DNA of 36,953 nt, taken from the IMG/VR virus record IMGVR_UViG_3300029891_000007, positions 1-36,953 of that record; one strand, written 5' to 3'. Of the stretch, positions 7,877-15,764 are shown one piece after another (the first letter of the stretch is position 1; every line of letters starts with the position of its first letter). The notes under the pieces are model-generated. The model was not told where the DNA came from, made no database searches, and saw only the letters and a list, made by a program, of their open reading frames with translations. The stretch comes from a virus (taxonomy: Duplodnaviria > Caudoviricetes). Position numbers and translations under genes: made by a program.

Positions 7877-8511
7877 TGAAAGCTCCGTGGCTTCTTGCCC
7901 GTGATTTCTACCTTCGGAGACGGAAGCTCATCCTCGTGATTTCTCTCCAGAATTGCTTTCCAATCTGGCTCGTCTCGCACGAATTTCCACAATCTAGTTT
8001 CGTAGATATCTAGATATTCCGTGTCCTCGGAGTTACCCAGCGCGTCCAGCTCACCCTCCAGTTCACCCATGGACCCAATAGGCTCCTCGGGCGCGACAGC
8101 TTCGTTGAAAAAATCGGTGAACCATGTGCAGATCATCCATTCCAATCCATACTGGAGGTCCAAGATATGGCGGAATGTGTAGGTCATGGTCGGTTTGCCG
8201 ACTACTCTGTTGTTCACCATCAAGCGTGGCTCATACAGGATTGCTCCCGTAACGATGTATCCCATCTGTGTCTTGCTGATGATCTGCTGCAAATCTGGGA
8301 AACAGTAATCATAGAGGTCAGAGATTGCGACCTGTTTCTCAATCATTCCTCGCTTAACTGCACGATACAGTCTTGCTTGGGCGATCATTGAAGCAGTCTC
8401 ACAAACGCGGAACAGCTTCTTCCCTCTCTTGGGCAAAGTCGCATACTGCAGAACCTCCCCTGTAGATGGATGGATGCGGGGTCTTGTGGGCTGATTGGGA
8501 TTTACGGGCAT
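7873..8511 (-). CDS. Hypothetical protein (212 aa) adjacent to the origin-like element
   Basis: Only long ORF in the interval; lower GC than neighbours. Confidence 0.7.
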   Translation of the reverse strand: MPVNPNQPTRPRIHPSTGEVLQYATLPKRGKKLFRVCETASMIAQARLYRAVKRGMIEKQVAISDLYDYCFPDLQQIISKTQMGYIVTGAILYEPRLMVNNRVVGKPTMTYTFRHILDLQYGLEWMICTWFTDFFNEAVAPEEPIGSMGELEGELDALGNSEDTEYLDIYETRLWKFVRDEPDWKAILERNHEDELPSPKVEITGKKPRSFQ

Positions 8512-8522
8512 GATGGGCCTAT

Positions 8523-8806
8523 GTGATGTCAGGTGATGTCACTCGACTGCAAGTATACAAACATCTATAAACCGTAAGACGTTGTTTGAACACGGATAAT
8601 TGGCTGGAATTGACTTATTGTTTGATGTATAGGATGTTCGCCCAAGGGTTCTGAGCGCCAGCCTCCTGCGTAATTTACCGTAGGTCCTAAAGTAGTATAC
8701 AGACTTCTTAATACTCTATAGAGTAGTATAAAGAGTATAGTTTACAAGGGGTTGAGGGGTAAGGAGTTCGAACACCTTGACAGCCAGTGACATCACCTGA
8801 CATCAC
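8523..8806. repeat. AT-rich element bounded by a perfect 21-bp inverted repeat; putative replication origin
   Basis: GTGATGTCAGGTGATGTCACT at 8523-8543 and its exact reverse complement at 8786-8806; internal palindrome TACTCTATAGAGTA (8712-8725); AGTAGTATA twice. Confidence 0.7.
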
Positions 8807-8911
8807 TTAGCAATCGGGAGGATACAGGGATTGCGCTTCCTCCTTGGGCTGTGATAACCTCTTTAGCGGGAGATCTCTTCTGTTTCATCTTCGCACGAAT
8901 ACAGGTGACGA

Positions 8912-9580
8912 ATGCCGACTGACGACAATGAAGAAACTCGCGACTTCGGGCGAGACCCAGCGGACGACTATGACCGCGCCTTCCGGCTCGCGAAACGCCC
9001 TCGCTCTCTCCTCTGCAGAGGCTCCAAGCCTGTCCTCGTCGAATATCAGGATGAGGATGGAAACTGGAGATCGAGGATAAAGATGGAGCGGATAAAATTC
9101 GACGATAAAGCGAAGGGAGTTTTCCTCGACGAATATCGGAAGTGGGGTCGGATTGGTGAAGCTGCTGCAAAGGTCGGGATCACCACGGCAACCGTTCGTC
9201 GTCACATGGATGATGATGAAGACTTCGCTGTCGCCTTCCTCGAGTGTGAGAAGGAATACATCGAGAAGCTTATCGCTCATCACCAGGATCTCGTCTTCAA
9301 CGGCACCGAGAAGGTGAGCTACGATCGCAATGGGAACATTGTCTCCAAGGAGCAAATCTTCCCTATCAGGCTTATTGAGTTGGAACTCAAAAAGCATGAT
9401 AGCGGCTACCGAGAGAAGCAGGAGATCGCTGTCAATCACTCTGGTGGTGTTATGATCGCTCCTGCAGAGATGAGTTCCATTGAAGACTGGGAGAGCCGCT
9501 TCAACAAAGCGAAGGATGTCACTCCCGAAGCGGAGATCGTCCACGAACTCACGCAGCCTCCGGAAGAGGATGAGGATTGA
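8912..9580 (+). CDS. terS: Terminase small subunit
   Basis: HTH (GRIGEAAAKVGITTATVRRHM..D.DF), helical core, LLxxxLK..-like segment and beta-strand tail (EIAVNHSGGVMIAP); upstream of TerL. Confidence 0.8.
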   Translation: MPTDDNEETRDFGRDPADDYDRAFRLAKRPRSLLCRGSKPVLVEYQDEDGNWRSRIKMERIKFDDKAKGVFLDEYRKWGRIGEAAAKVGITTATVRRHMDDDEDFAVAFLECEKEYIEKLIAHHQDLVFNGTEKVSYDRNGNIVSKEQIFPIRLIELELKKHDSGYREKQEIAVNHSGGVMIAPAEMSSIEDWESRFNKAKDVTPEAEIVHELTQPPEEDED

Positions 9581-9746
9581 CCGAGTGAGTCTATCCGATG
9601 GTCCTCATCTGAGGCTCTTCTATATAATCCTCATCTTCTTCCTCGGATGGGAGGATGACGAGATGGGGATGGGAGGATAAAGAAGATGAAGATGCGGATG
9701 GAGAGATAAGATGTCCAGATAAAAGTCTGCGGAAGACAAATATGAC

Positions 9747-9796
9747 TGTAATTCGCAAACTCCCCGTGGTAGTGTGATGGTAGGGCAATGGTGCCC
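9747..9796 (+). promoter_or_regulatory. Repeated phage promoter, copy 4, plus 5' hairpin
   Basis: TTCGCA(9752)-12 nt-TAGTGT(9770); GGTAGGGCAATGGTGCCCAA identical to copy 1. Confidence 0.7.
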
Positions 9797-9817
9797 AAGA
9801 ACAGAAAGGCAAGTCCC

Positions 9818-10054
9818 ATGATCCGCAAGTCCCTGACCCTCTCCCACGCGGCTGGTCGCTCGGTGTTCACCGGCAAGCTGGCCGACGACAAGGCCTCGCT
9901 CCGCGCCGAGGTCGCCATGCTCACCGCCGCCTACTCGCGTGACAACAGCGTGATCCACGTGTGCCGCCCCGGTGTCGCGGTCGGCGCCTCCTTCACCCCG
10001 AACAAGCATCCGCGCAACAGCATCGTCGGCGCTCAGTCACCACTCACGGTCTAA
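9818..10054 (+). CDS. Small hypothetical protein (78 aa), monocistronic
   Basis: SD GAAAGG; strongly biased codons; own promoter and terminator. Confidence 0.7.
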   Translation: MIRKSLTLSHAAGRSVFTGKLADDKASLRAEVAMLTAAYSRDNSVIHVCRPGVAVGASFTPNKHPRNSIVGAQSPLTV

Positions 10055-10068
10055 GCAGAGCGCTGACG

Positions 10069-10110
10069 GCAGGCGGTCCTTCCCGACCCGAGGACCGCCT
10101 GCTCTTCTTT
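10069..10110 (+). terminator. Intrinsic terminator
   Basis: GCAGGCGGTCCT-10 nt-AGGACCGCCTGC followed by TCTTCTTT. Confidence 0.75.
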
Positions 10111-10170
10111 GGGCATCCCTCCTCATCATCTTCCGATCTTCTTCCTCGACCGACATCTTCAAATTCGTCC

Positions 10171-10470
10171 ATCGACCGAGTGACTTAATCCGACGACGAT
10201 GAAGAAGACGCCAATCGACCGAGTGACTTAACTCGAAGAGGAAGAAGAAGACGCGGTCCTCCCTCGATCGGTCCTCATCTTCTTCTTCGTCCGCCACGAT
10301 CCTGCCACGATCCTGCCACAATCGTGAAATCGTGTCGTTCGTGCAACACTCGTCATCTTTTTCGTCCGCGCCTCATTTCCGCCTTATTCTCGCCACAATC
10401 GTCGTGTCCGTGTCGTTTTGACCACACTCCTCAAAATCTTCTTCTTCCGCCTTATTCTCGCCACATTCTT
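10171..10470. repeat. Cluster of short direct repeats
   Basis: ATCGACCGAGTGACTTAA at 10171 and 10214; GCCACRAT-like at 10293, 10304, 10315, 10392 and 10460; TTCCGCCTTATTCTCGCCACA at 10377 and 10445. Confidence 0.8.
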
Positions 10471-10542
10471 CGGCTAGTCGCGCTCGCCCCCGCCGTTCGC
10501 AAACAGGCAACAAACTTTTTATTTTCCGGTCGCAATTAGGGC

Positions 10543-10604
10543 TTGCAGTCGTTGCGGGGTGGGCGTATATATATATAGGTCATAGGCAGCGCGGTGCTGC
10601 CTAC
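10543..10604 (+). promoter_or_regulatory. Strong sigma70-like promoter with AT-rich upstream tract and 5' hairpin
   Basis: TTGCAG(10543)-17 nt-TATATA(10566); A/T tracts at 10501-10525; hairpin TAGGCAGC-GCGGT-GCTGCCTA. Confidence 0.7.
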
Positions 10605-10626
10605 CAACCCAAGAAGGAACTTCCAA

Positions 10627-11013
10627 ATGGCTACCACCAAAATCGCCCCCGCCGCCACCGTCGCCAAGAAAATCGCGCCGGTCGCCGCCCCCGCCGCCGC
10701 CCCCGCCGCGCCGACCTACATGCTGCGCAGCTACGACCCGGCGATCAAGCAGGGCTGGCCGGTCAAGGCCCAGACGGGCAACTCCATCCGCGCCTATTGC
10801 TACACGGTCGCCAAGAAGCTGGCCGAGCAGCACAAGGGCGGGTTCACCGCCGCCCAGTTCGCCAGCGCCCTTGCGGCCAACGCGGCGGGGTCCACCTACA
10901 AGCAGCCGAGCACCGGTTGGGGCACCGAAGCCAAGCCCAACGGCGCGGCCCACTCCCACGCCAACTGGTTCGTCAACGCCAAGCAGGCGTGGCTCGTGCC
11001 GGTCAGCAAGTAA
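10627..11013 (+). CDS. Basic Ala/Lys/Pro-rich protein (128 aa), candidate immediate-early DNA-binding or host-takeover factor
   Basis: SD AAGGA; optimal codons; PAA-repeat N-terminal tail; only 3 acidic residues. Confidence 0.75.
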   Translation: MATTKIAPAATVAKKIAPVAAPAAAPAAPTYMLRSYDPAIKQGWPVKAQTGNSIRAYCYTVAKKLAEQHKGGFTAAQFASALAANAAGSTYKQPSTGWGTEAKPNGAAHSHANWFVNAKQAWLVPVSK

Positions 11014-11020
11014 GCCCAAC

Positions 11021-11043
11021 GGGCGGGGGCACCACCCCCGCCC
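11021..11043 (+). other. GC-rich stem-loop after the gene (no U-tail)
   Basis: GGGCGGGGG-CACCA-CCCCCGCCC. Confidence 0.55.
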
Positions 11044-11044
11044 A

Positions 11045-11203
11045 CCCCCCCGCCGCTCCTACGCCCGCTCCTGCGCCGCCCCTGCCCTCGGCCTCGTGGC
11101 CTTGCGGGCGGCCCTTGCCATCGGCTCGGTGGCGCTCGCATACGAGATGCTCGTCCCCGTGGTGGCCCACATCGGCGAGGTCCTGACCCACGCCATGCCC
11201 TGA
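11045..11203 (+). pseudogene. Membrane-protein reading frame lacking a start codon and SD
   Basis: ..RRSYARSCAAPALGLVALRAALAIGSVALAYEMLVPVVAHIGEVLTHAMP* in preferred codons; no initiation signal after the hairpin. Confidence 0.4.
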
Positions 11204-11397
11204 CTCGTGCTGCGCTGCGGCGCTCGGCCTGCTGCGCTGCGGCAGGCCACCCCCCACCCCACCCCAAGGCCGCGCCGACCCGACCCGGCCACCCAGCCCG
11301 GCCTCGAGCGGACCTACCTGGAACTCATTCAGATCGCTATTAGCATATCAACATCCAAAATTAGAAAAGAAACCATCCACCAAGGGGGATCGTGACA

Positions 11398-11620
11398 ATG
11401 ACAGTCTACGTGGACCAAGCTGTTCATCCATACCGCAGGATGATAATGTGCCATATGGTCGCTGACACCCGAGAGGAATTGATCGCTATGGCGGAAGCCA
11501 TCGGGGTCAATCCAAGTCCCTCTCTCTTCCCGTGAGCTCGTCAGAAAACTTCGATCACGAGGAGTTGCTGCTGATGCACCTTCGTCTCTGCCCGGACTGG
11601 GACTACATGGCGATCCATGA
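11398..11620 (+). pseudogene. DUF4031-like gene with an internal deletion and frameshift at ~11515
   Basis: MTVYVDQ...MCHMVADTREELIAMAEAIGVNP, then the +1 frame VPLSSRELVRKLR; the central W.Q...HxD segment of the family is missing. Confidence 0.65.
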
Positions 11621-11672
11621 GGGTTCGCCGGAATTTGAGTGTTGCACTTGCGACAAGTCCCAGCTACAGTGA
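11574..11672 (+). CDS. Cys-rich microprotein (32 aa), not in the ORF track
   Basis: SD GAGGAG; MHLRLCPDWDYMAIHEGSPEFECCTCDKSQLQ*. Confidence 0.55.
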   Translation: MHLRLCPDWDYMAIHEGSPEFECCTCDKSQLQ

Positions 11673-11740
11673 CCAAAGACACCCCTTGATCTTTTGGTGA
11701 GTTCTGTCACGCGCAGGCGCTATTTGGGACCCTCGACGGC

Positions 11741-13249
11741 ATGAAATATCCTGATAATGTCATATGGAAACCGATGGCTGGCAGTCAGGAAGCGTTCCTG
11801 AGTGCGACGCCCATCTTCGAAGTGTTGTTTCAAGGGACGCGAGGCGGCGGAAAGACCGACAGTCTGCTGATGTCGTTCTGTATGCACGTCGGCAAGGGTT
11901 TCGGGGCTGCCTGGAAAGGGATCCTTTTCAGGCAAACCTACAAGCAGCTTACGGACGTCATCACCAAGACGAAGAAATGGATCCCGCAGATTTGGCCGGA
12001 GGCGAAGTTCAACCACTCGGAGCATGTGTGGACGTGGCCGAGCGGAGAGAGCCTGCTGCTGCGCCAGTTCGCCAAGCCTGACGACTACTGGAACTATCAC
12101 GGCCACGAATACCCGTGGATCGGCTGGGAGGAACTCTGCAACTGGGCGACCGACGAAGGCTACAAGCGAATGTTTTCCTGTTGTCGATCTTCGACAAAAG
12201 GAATGCCTCGTATGGTTCGTGCCACGACGAACCCGTATGGCCCCGGTCACAACTGGGTGAAGCATCGCTACAAGCCGAACACGATGAACATGATCGTGCG
12301 TCGGGACCTTGTAGACGAGGAGGGACGCAAGGAACCTCCTCGTCTCAGCATTCACAGCCACATCAACGAGAACAAGGCTCTGCTCGAGAGCGATCCGGAC
12401 TACATCGATCGTATCGCTGCTGCTGCGCGGAACGAAGCTGAGAAGAAAGCGTGGCTCGAGGGTTCGTGGGACATCGTCTCCGGCGGCATGTTTGACGATG
12501 TGTGGAACCCGAAATACAACCTGCTCTCGCCGTTTGAGATCCCCGAGTCGTGGAAGATCGTTCGGAGCTTCGACTGGGGCGCTTCCAAGCCGTTCTCCGT
12601 CGGCTGGTGGGCGATTTCGGACGGCAGTGACGTCTCTCTTGGGCAGAACCTCTGGCGATCGACTGTTCGCGGCGATGTATTTCGCGTTCGTGAGTGGTAT
12701 GGCTCCACTGGGAAGCCCAATGAAGGACTGGACCTGCTCGCCTCCGACATCTCGGAAGGTATTGTGAAGAGAGAACTGGAGTGGGGCTGGCGTCGCCGGG
12801 GTGAAAACTGGTGCCGAGTGAAGGCTGGTGTCGCTGACAGTCAGATTTTCGCTGCTGAGAACGGCAACTGCATCGCCACGGACATGAAAGTTCGCGTTCG
12901 ACTGGACGATGGCTTCAAATATCCCGGCATCATGTGGAACCCGGCTGACAAGAGACCCGGTTCGCGGGCCACTGGCTGGACCCAAATGAGGCAGAAGCTG
13001 AAAAACGCATGGCCGAACATCAAAGAAGTGAATGGAGAGAAGCGACTTTACCCTCGTGAGAAGCCTGGACTGTTCGTCTTCGACACCTGCAAGTCGTTTA
13101 TTGAGACAATTCCGGTCCTTCCTCGTGATGAGAAGGACATGGACGATATCAACACGGACGCTGAAGACCATATCGCTGACGAAACCCGATATCTGGTTCG
13201 CTGGGTGGGTTCGCCGGGTTCTTCTGGTGTGACGACAGGACATTATTGA
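11741..13249 (+). CDS. terL: Terminase large subunit
   Basis: Walker A GTRGGGKT, Walker B WIGWEEL, ATTNP coupling motif, nuclease motifs SFDWG and EDHIADETRY. Confidence 0.95.
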   Translation: MKYPDNVIWKPMAGSQEAFLSATPIFEVLFQGTRGGGKTDSLLMSFCMHVGKGFGAAWKGILFRQTYKQLTDVITKTKKWIPQIWPEAKFNHSEHVWTWPSGESLLLRQFAKPDDYWNYHGHEYPWIGWEELCNWATDEGYKRMFSCCRSSTKGMPRMVRATTNPYGPGHNWVKHRYKPNTMNMIVRRDLVDEEGRKEPPRLSIHSHINENKALLESDPDYIDRIAAAARNEAEKKAWLEGSWDIVSGGMFDDVWNPKYNLLSPFEIPESWKIVRSFDWGASKPFSVGWWAISDGSDVSLGQNLWRSTVRGDVFRVREWYGSTGKPNEGLDLLASDISEGIVKRELEWGWRRRGENWCRVKAGVADSQIFAAENGNCIATDMKVRVRLDDGFKYPGIMWNPADKRPGSRATGWTQMRQKLKNAWPNIKEVNGEKRLYPREKPGLFVFDTCKSFIETIPVLPRDEKDMDDINTDAEDHIADETRYLVRWVGSPGSSGVTTGHY

Positions 13250-13259
13250 AACAAACCGC

Positions 13260-13288
13260 TTGCCAAGAGGCAGGCGCTGGAGTAGCTT
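13260..13288 (+). promoter_or_regulatory. Sigma70-like promoter, likely giving a leaderless portal mRNA
   Basis: TTGCCA(13260)-17 nt-TAGCTT(13283); ATG at 13296, 7 nt after the -10; no SD. Confidence 0.55.
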
Positions 13289-13295
13289 GACCGCC

Positions 13296-14834
13296 ATGAG
13301 CACCAATCTTTCGTCCCAGCACCCGTCCTACGCTCTGGTTTCACCGGACTGGACCCTCATGCGCGATGCGTATAAGGGTGAGAGGCAGGTCAAGTCGAAA
13401 AATACGACCTATCTGCCCTTCACGAGTTCGCAAGTGGCTGATGGTGCGATCACGAGCACGACCTCGATCGGTTTCAAGGCTTACGAGGCCTACAAACTGA
13501 GAGCACGTTTCCCGAACTTTGTCCGGGAAGCGGTTCAGATGGCGATCGGCATGATGCACTCGCAGCCAGCCGAGATCAAGCTGCCCAAAGCGATGGAGAA
13601 GATCACCTCTCGCATGGGCGAGCCTCTGCAAGTGATCCTGCGCCGCATCAACACCGAGCAGTTGCTGACTGGTCGCATCGGTCTGATGGCCGATATGCCG
13701 ACAAATCCTGCCCTCGGTGAAGATTTGCCGTATCTGGCGACCTACAACACCGAACGACTGATCAACTGGGACGATGGCAGGGTCGAGCAGCTTGTTCCGC
13801 AGAAACTGAACCTCGTTGTGATCAACGAGAGCGAGCAGAAGCGCAGCGATGGCTTCAACTGGAGCCTCGACACGAAGTATCGCGTCCTCGTTCTGGGCAA
13901 GACCGACGAGAACGTCCCCTCCGGACAATACCGCCAAGGCGTGTTCGCGGAAAGCGAATACAGCGAGGGTGGCCTCAAGGTTCCGACGTGGCGTGGCCGC
14001 GAACTTCAGGAAATTCCTTTCGTCTTCATCAATTCCTGTGACATCACACCGGAAGTGGACGATCCTCCCCTGCTCGATCTCGGCAATGCCTGCATGACGA
14101 TCTATCGCGGTGAGGCAGACTATCGCCAGAACCTGTTCATGCAGGGTCAAGATACTTTCGTCACCGTTGGCGGCGGCTTCGATGAAACTGATGCGGTGCG
14201 AACCGGCGTCGGTGCTCGAATTGATGTGCCTCAAGGTGGTGACGCGAAATACGTCGGCGTCAATGGCAGCGGCCTGAGCGAACAGCGTCAGGCACTGGAA
14301 CGGCTCGAATCTCGAGCCGGATCAATGGGCGCTCAAACGCTGGACAGCACGTCCAGACAGCGTGAAAGCGGAGACAGCCTTCGCATTCGGGTCGCTGCAC
14401 GAACTGCGGACATGAACCAAATCGCCGATACGGGCGCTGCCGGTCTCGAACAGGTCCTGAAGACCTGTGCGAAATGGATGGGCGAGAACCCGGACGACGT
14501 GAAGGTCCTTCCGAACAAAGAATTCGGCGAAATGCCGCTCACCGGCCAGACGATGGTCGAAATCGCAACGGCTCGCAACCTCGGCTGGCCGATCAGTGCG
14601 AAATCGATGCACGACCTGTCCCGCAAGCGGCGGCTCACGACCAAGACCTTCGATGAAGAGCTCAAGGAAGCCGAGAAAGAACAGAAGGACGAGAACTTCG
14701 TCTTTTCGAAGCCTGCGACGGGAAGTCAAGCCCCCGTCCAGCCCAACGACCCGAACAATCCCAATGGGAGAGACACGGGCGGTGGGAAACCCAAGGGACA
14801 GACGACCAATCCCTCTGGGAGAACGCCCAAGTAA
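13296..14834 (+). CDS. Portal protein (DUF4055-like)
   Basis: Follows TerL; HP.Y...W...RD...G...VK...YLP, Y..Y..RA.F.N, IPFVF and PPLLDL motifs. Confidence 0.9.
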   Translation: MSTNLSSQHPSYALVSPDWTLMRDAYKGERQVKSKNTTYLPFTSSQVADGAITSTTSIGFKAYEAYKLRARFPNFVREAVQMAIGMMHSQPAEIKLPKAMEKITSRMGEPLQVILRRINTEQLLTGRIGLMADMPTNPALGEDLPYLATYNTERLINWDDGRVEQLVPQKLNLVVINESEQKRSDGFNWSLDTKYRVLVLGKTDENVPSGQYRQGVFAESEYSEGGLKVPTWRGRELQEIPFVFINSCDITPEVDDPPLLDLGNACMTIYRGEADYRQNLFMQGQDTFVTVGGGFDETDAVRTGVGARIDVPQGGDAKYVGVNGSGLSEQRQALERLESRAGSMGAQTLDSTSRQRESGDSLRIRVAARTADMNQIADTGAAGLEQVLKTCAKWMGENPDDVKVLPNKEFGEMPLTGQTMVEIATARNLGWPISAKSMHDLSRKRRLTTKTFDEELKEAEKEQKDENFVFSKPATGSQAPVQPNDPNNPNGRDTGGGKPKGQTTNPSGRTPK

Positions 14835-14891
14835 GTCCGCGCTGTGGACATAACAAAACCGAGGTGATCTCGGTGCAGATAGGAGACGGAT

Positions 14892-15728
14892 ATGGATCCG
14901 CTTGAACTTTCCTACGACAAAATGGACGCAGTGCCTGAGGCCTTCCGTCCGCTCTACGAAGAGAAGGACGGGAAAGCTGTTCTCACCCGCATCAACGGGA
15001 TGAAGACGCAGCAGGACGTTTTCAACGTCCAGGAAGCGCTCCGCAAGGAGCGTGAAGATCACGGCAAGACGCGTGATGCGTTCAAACCGTGGAAAGCCTT
15101 CGGCGACGACCCGACTGCTCTGCAGTCCAAGCTCGATCGCATCGCTGAACTCGAGGCTGCCGCTGGCGGCAAGCTCGACGACGCCGCGATCAACAAGCTG
15201 GTGGAAGCTCGTCTTGGGCAGAAGACTGCCCCGCTCGAACGTCAGCTCAAGGACATCGCCGGCGAACGTGATACCGCAGTTTCGGAGCGTGACGCTCTGC
15301 GCTCGGCCATCCAACGCCGTGACATGAACGATGTCGTCCGGGCTGTGGCTACCGAGATGAAGGTCCTGGCGACCGCCATCCCCGATGTGGAGATGGTTGC
15401 TGCCTCCTACCTCGAACGCGATCCGACTTCCGGCGAATTCATCGTGAAGGCCGACGCCAAGGGTGTGACGCCCGGCAGCGATCTCAAGGGCTTCATGAAA
15501 GAGATGCAGAAGCTCCGTCCTCACTGGTGGCCTGCTTCGCAGGGCGGTGGTGCTGGCGGTGGCGGCGGGTTCGACAACGTCGACGACAACCCGTGGTCGG
15601 CGAAGGGCTGGAACCTCACGAAGCAGGGCGCCTACGTGAAAGAGCACGGCATGGCGAAAGCTGAACTGGCCGCGAAAGCTGCGAACTCGCGTGTCGGTGC
15701 AACTCGGCCGACCCAGCCGAGCAAATGA
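14892..15728 (+). CDS. Capsid scaffolding protein
   Basis: VPEAFRPLYEEKDGK N-terminus, coiled coil, Gly-rich linker and NPW...WNLTKQG C-terminus; position before the major capsid gene. Confidence 0.8.
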   Translation: MDPLELSYDKMDAVPEAFRPLYEEKDGKAVLTRINGMKTQQDVFNVQEALRKEREDHGKTRDAFKPWKAFGDDPTALQSKLDRIAELEAAAGGKLDDAAINKLVEARLGQKTAPLERQLKDIAGERDTAVSERDALRSAIQRRDMNDVVRAVATEMKVLATAIPDVEMVAASYLERDPTSGEFIVKADAKGVTPGSDLKGFMKEMQKLRPHWWPASQGGGAGGGGGFDNVDDNPWSAKGWNLTKQGAYVKEHGMAKAELAAKAANSRVGATRPTQPSK

Positions 15729-15731
15729 GCC

Positions 15732-15760
15732 TTGCGCCCCGCGCTGTCGGGGCGTATATA
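15732..15760 (+). promoter_or_regulatory. Sigma70-like promoter for the intergenic ncRNA
   Basis: TTGCGC(15732)-17 nt-TATATA(15755); shares GGGCGTATATA with the promoter at 10543. Confidence 0.7.
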
Positions 15761-15764
15761 GGCA

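Noticed and set aside
10171-10254. 18-bp repeat pair as a mini CRISPR array
   Set aside because: Only two copies, and the intervening sequences resemble each other (a 43-bp tandem duplication); no cas genes.
9480-10540. Short ORFs in the terS-terL spacers other than 9818..10054
   Set aside because: Low-complexity translations of GAAGA/TCTTC-rich repeats without initiation signals.
10566-10577. (TA)6 tract as a phase-variation switch
   Set aside because: It begins at the -10 box, so length change would not alter the -35/-10 spacing; no evidence of variation.
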